Below, piece after piece: positions 51,864-55,959 of a DNA stretch of 55,959 nucleotides. Position 1 is the stretch's first letter. The number at the start of each line of letters is the position of its first letter. Source of the stretch: Octopus bimaculoides. Its lineage: Eukaryota. The translations under genes and the position numbers were made by a program. The DNA lies in assembly GCF_001194135.2 (NCBI RefSeq), contig NC_068983.1:15668571-15724529 (forward strand), written 5' to 3'. Below the pieces are notes generated by a model. That model was not told the origin of the DNA, made no database searches, and saw only the letters and a program-made list of their open reading frames with translations.

Positions 51864-52237
51864 GTAAAATGTTACTGAAGTAGCCAAAATATTTCCCTTT
51901 AAGATGAGACAGCATGCCCATGAACCAGAGGCTGGAGCTTGTCTGTTAATGATATCTGAATTACACGAAAATCTATGAACCTTTTTCTCTCTTCATTTCT
52001 AGTAACAATACATTGTCACCAGTTTATTTTTAATCCAGATTTTGCCAGAGATTACTAAAATATCAGTAAACTCTTGTCTTTTATTGACGAGTATAACAAG
52101 ATGAAGTGAGAACACAATGATAGGTTCTTTTCCAGTACAAAAAAGAATAGCCATGTTTTGATAACATTATACTTCAGCACCTTAAGAATTTTTTGTATTA
52201 AGGGCTAAGTGTAAATTTTGTTTTCTTTCTTCTGCAG

Positions 52238-52361
52238 AATGGTTGGCCAATATGATGTTAGAGAAATTGGTGGTTGTTATCCGATGTGCTGATACTAATG
52301 AAGTCTTGGAACGATGGCAGTTTGATGTAGAAGATGACCGTCCAGGCACTAAAGAAAACAG
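52238..52361 (+). CDS. MAD2L1: MAD2 exon 3 (EWLANMMLEKLVVVI...EVLERWQFDVE...)
   Basis: TGCAG acceptor; EVLERWQFD signature; donor GTATTT; 124 nt, phase 1 to 2. Confidence 0.97.
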
Positions 52362-52397
52362 GTATTTTTGCAGTTCAAGTAATATGTCCTGCAATTG

Positions 52398-52429
<32 letters not shown>

Positions 52430-52481
52430 TTTGTTGTTGTTTAACCTTAGATCAGTTTATCCGTCTTTGATTTCTCTTGAA

Positions 52482-52867
52482 GTGGAGGTGCAATGGCCCA
52501 GTGGTTAGGGCAGCGGACTCGTGGTCATAGGATCACGGTTTCGATTCCCAGACCGGGTGTTGTGAGTGTTTATTAAGCGAAAACACCTAAAGCTCCACGA
52601 GGCTCCGGCAGGGGATGGTGGCAAACCCTGCTGTACACTTCCACCACAACTTTCTCTCACTCTTACTTCCCGTTTCTGTTGTGCCTGTAATTCAAAGGGT
52701 CAGCCTTGTCACACTGTGTCATGCTGAATATCCCTGAAAACTACGTTAAGGGTACATGTGTCTGTGGAGTGCTCAGCCACTTGCACGTTAATTTCACGAG
52801 CAGGCTGTTCCGTTGATCGGATCAACTGGAACCCTTGACGTTGTAAGCAACAGAGTGCCAACAACAA
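52482..52867 (+). mobile_element. SINE family A in MAD2 intron 3
   Basis: Full length; 12-bp TSD TGATTTCTCTTG. Confidence 0.92.
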
Positions 52868-53088
52868 TGATTTCTCTTGGACATTGCATAGTAAAGAGAA
52901 TTGAGAGCAATTAATGGTCTGCCTTTTGCATTGTGAGGAAGAGAGAAACCCTTTGTTGTCAACAGAACTAATAACTCTGAACTTCTTCAAGGGGCTTCTC
53001 TAAACTAGCTTACTGATCCTGTCATTATATTCACTAAGAGTTGATACCATTACCTTCTGTTTGTTGTAATTGTTGTCCTTCATTGCAG

Positions 53089-53192
53089 TAATCCTGCGCC
53101 AAAGAGTGAAAAGACAGTTCGAGAAGAGATTAGAGCTGTGATGCGACAAATAACAGCCACCGTGACATTTCTGCCCCTACTTGAGACTCCCT
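53089..53192 (+). CDS. MAD2L1: MAD2 exon 4 (SNPAPKSEKTVREEIRAVMRQITATVTFLPLLETP)
   Basis: TGCAG acceptor; RQITATVTFLPLL signature including the dimerisation RQ pair; donor GTAAGT; 104 nt, phase 2 to 1. Confidence 0.97.
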
Positions 53193-53279
53193 GTAAGTAA
53201 ACAATTCTATTTACTCAACTGTTCTTCTAAAAATAACTATATGTCTTTCATTCTGTTATTGGAATCTGAAACTAGTATG

Positions 53280-53890
53280 ATTACAAAAATGACTTAAACC
53301 GCTGTAACAATATCTTAGATACAGAAATAAAGACTGGAATAGGACATCCAGAGTTTGTGACAAAGCAAATAGGGTGACCACATGGTACAGGGCTGACAAA
53401 TACCAAGGAGTCGTGTTTGTAGAAGCCACAGCCCATGGAGAACAAACCCAAAGATTTAGGAAAGCTCTGAAGGAGTCCAAATTCAACATTAAGATCATTG
53501 AAAAGCCAGAAAACTCCATCAGATCACAATTATATAGAACTTACCCCTTTGAAAATACACATGCACCAATGAAAACTGCAATGGTATGTCAGATTAACCG
53601 TGGAATTGTTGAACTAGAAGTGTAGTCCACAGCATAAGGTGCATAGAGGGTGCTTGTAAAGACAAGAACATGATATACACAGATGAGACATCTAGAAGCA
53701 TTGCGGAGAGACTAAATGAACATTTAAGACAATATGACCACAAAAAACAATCCTCCATACTCTACCAACATGGAGGCACACTGGGTTGACTTGACATTTG
53801 CATTTTATCCAAGAACCCAAATTACTCAACACTCTGACAAATACAGGAGTACATCCTCATAAATGAAACTAAATAGGAGATATACATAGA
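53280..53890 (+). mobile_element. Decayed Penelope-like GIY-YIG fragment in MAD2 intron 4
   Basis: Frame from 53604 reads NC*TRSVVHSIRCIEGACKDKNMIYTDETSRSIAERLNEHLRQY, a GIY-YIG pattern; upstream frame GVVFVEAT...IKIIEKP resembles the PLE linker; stops and frameshifts present. Confidence 0.75.
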
Positions 53891-54631
53891 AGGTAGTGAT
53901 ACCGCAATACCCACAGTTTATACATACACAGGTAGATTTGTTAGTAGTCTGTTATGTAGACGTGTGTGTATCATCATCATCGTTTAACGTCCGTTTTCCA
54001 TGCTAGCATGGGTTGGACGATTTGACTGAGGACAGGTGAAACCGGATGGCTATATATATGTATGTATGTATGTATGTATATCAGTCGTGTCAAACATCAA
54101 ATTGATTATGAAAACACTGATAGTTGACAAGTCTTGTCGTATCAAAGAACAAAATGAATTTTGTAGAACCTTCAATTTATCTGTTGTTTTGTCCCCCACT
54201 ACTGTCCAGCCGTCCATTGAGCACCTGCATAATGGATGTTTTTTTTTTTGTATTAATTTAGATTTCTAAAATGAAGCAAGTATAAATTCCATTTTGTGTA
54301 AAGATGATGACAGCAGAGTTTCAGTTAAATGTTTGATGTCACTCCCTTATCTAGGGAAGTTGCTGTTGTTCAGCCCCAGATCAGACCTGACAGCAGAGTT
54401 ATAAGTTCAAATCATTACTATTCCTTCTTCGCAAACATGGTTTATCTTAGATTACACTTATCCCAATATCTCCTTCCAGTTTTGAGAGGTTTGATTATTC
54501 TTTCTAGCAGGTTGAAAGACAGTACTGAGGATCTCTCAGGATCTCTTGTTGAATTTTCTCCAGTATATTTTGAATGGAGAGTTATGCCCCAGCTGCAAAA
54601 CCCTTTTTATTTAGATTTCACTCAAATATCT

Positions 54632-55023
54632 GTTGTTGTTGTTGGCACTCCGTCGCTTACGACGTCGAGGGTTCCAATTGATCCGATCAACAGAACAGCC
54701 TGCTTGTGAAATTAACGTGCAAGTGGCTGAGCACTCCACAGACACATGTACCCTTAACGTAGTTCTCGGGGATATTCAGCGTGACACAGAGTATGACAAG
54801 GCTGGCCCTTTGAATTACAGGTACAACAGAAACAGGAAGTAAGAGTGAGAGAAAGTTGTGGTGAAAGAGTACAGCAGGGTTCGCCGCCACCCCCTGCCGG
54901 AGCCTTGTGGAGCTTTTAGATGTTTTCGCTCAATAAACACTCAAATGTCCGGTCTGGGAATCGAAACCGCGATCCTATGACCGCAAGTCTGCTGCCCTAA
55001 CCACTGGGCCATTGCGCCTCCAC
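54632..55023 (-). mobile_element. SINE family A in MAD2 intron 4 (antisense)
   Basis: Full-length reverse complement; TSD ACTCAAA(T/C)ATCT. Confidence 0.92.
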
Positions 55024-55176
55024 ACTCAAACATCTATGTGTGCATTAAATGAACCTTGCTCATGTTAACATTTCAACTGGCATGATAATTTTCTATAAAT
55101 ATTTCATTATTTGTGTAGACTCCATCATTTTGGTATTGTATCTTTTATTTAAAACTCTTCATATTCTTGTTTTCAG

Positions 55177-55343
55177 GTAACTTTGATGTATTGGTCTACA
55201 CTCATAAAGATTTGGAAACTCCAGAAAGCTGGGGTGAAACTGGCCCACAATTCATTGCCAATTCAAGCCAAGTTCGTATGCGTTCTTTTACTACAAAAAT
55301 ACACAAGGTGGACACTTGTGTGTCATACAAAAAGACTGACTGA
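55177..55343 (+). CDS. MAD2L1: MAD2 exon 5 to stop (CNFDVLVYTHKD...SFTTKIHKVDTCVSYKKTD*)
   Basis: TTTCAG acceptor; FDVLVYT, GPQFI and RSFTTKIHKV motifs; TGA at 55341-55343. The five exons sum to 612 nt = 203 aa plus stop with consistent phases. Confidence 0.97.
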
Positions 55344-55495
55344 TGCTGCAGCGTGAGACTTGTATAGAAGATTGTTGTGATTGATACTGGTAGCAATGAT
55401 TGAATTACTCAACAGAATGAAAGCAAGCCTGTAACTAAATAACAGTAACTTGGTATTATAGTTCTGTCTCCAAATCTATTATCTTACATGTATAT

Positions 55496-55501
55496 AATAA
55501 A
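55496..55501 (+). terminator. Candidate MAD2 polyadenylation signal AATAAA
   Basis: AATAAA about 150 nt after the stop, followed by T-rich sequence; AT-rich background weakens it. Confidence 0.5.
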
Positions 55502-55614
55502 TAAATTTTGCATTAATTTTGGACTGACATTTCCTTATTTACAATATATACACATATATATACCATGCACATCCATCCAGTACCTCTCCCTATTCTGTCT
55601 TTCCTCCTTTCTTC

Positions 55615-55959
55615 ATCATTATCATCATCGTTTAACGTCCGCTTTCCATGCTAGCATGGGTTGGACGATTTGACTGAGGACTGGTGAAACCGGATGGCAA
55701 CACCAGGCTCCAATCTAAATTTGGCAGAGTTTCTACAGCTGGATGCCCTTCCTAACGCCAACCACTCAGAGAGTGTAGCAGGTGCTTTTACGTGTCACCC
55801 GCACGAAGGCCAGTCAGGCGGTACTGGCAACAGCCACGCTCGAAATGGTGTCTTTTATGTGCCACCCGCACAAAAGCCAGTCCAGGGGCACTGGCAACGA
55901 TCTCGCTCAAAAACCCTACGAAGGCCAGTCAGGCGGCACTGGCAACGGTCACGCTCAAA
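55615..55959 (-). mobile_element. Short copy of the RTE 3' UTR (runs off the window)
   Basis: (ATC)n then CGTTTAACGTCCGCTTTCCATGCTAGCATGGG. Further antisense copies at 14095-14245, 23560-23900 (diverged), 38085-38310, 50816-50971 and 53961-54048; diverged sense copy at 21995-22301. Confidence 0.9.

Overview
AT-rich, repeat-dense eukaryotic DNA from a draft assembly with seven N-gaps. The SINE and LINE repertoire points to an octopus genome (inference). Two host genes are supported. One is a complete five-exon MAD2L1 (45457-55343, + strand, 203 aa). The other is the terminal coding exon of a Cys-type methionine-R-sulfoxide reductase (MsrB, 28058-28206, +), whose upstream exons I could not locate confidently. 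The rest is largely transposon-derived: two decayed RTE LINEs, Penelope-like (GIY-YIG) remnants, a Helitron deletion derivative, a Helentron-type end, hAT and piggyBac-type MITEs, at least three tRNA-headed SINE families and many short RTE 3'-end copies. Best leads: (1) hammerhead-ribozyme motifs, including a sense/antisense pair forming one palindrome at 35425-35513; (2) a Penelope end carrying a tRNA-like Pol III cassette; (3) a tandem two-hairpin RNA module in the RTE 3' UTR; (4) several long fold-backs and an inverted SINE pair around MAD2 exon 4; (5) a CpG-rich island between CpG-poor blocks that hints at an unannotated transcription unit at about 29-42 kb. No prokaryotic systems or CRISPR arrays. 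All alignments were done by eye; no database searches were run.
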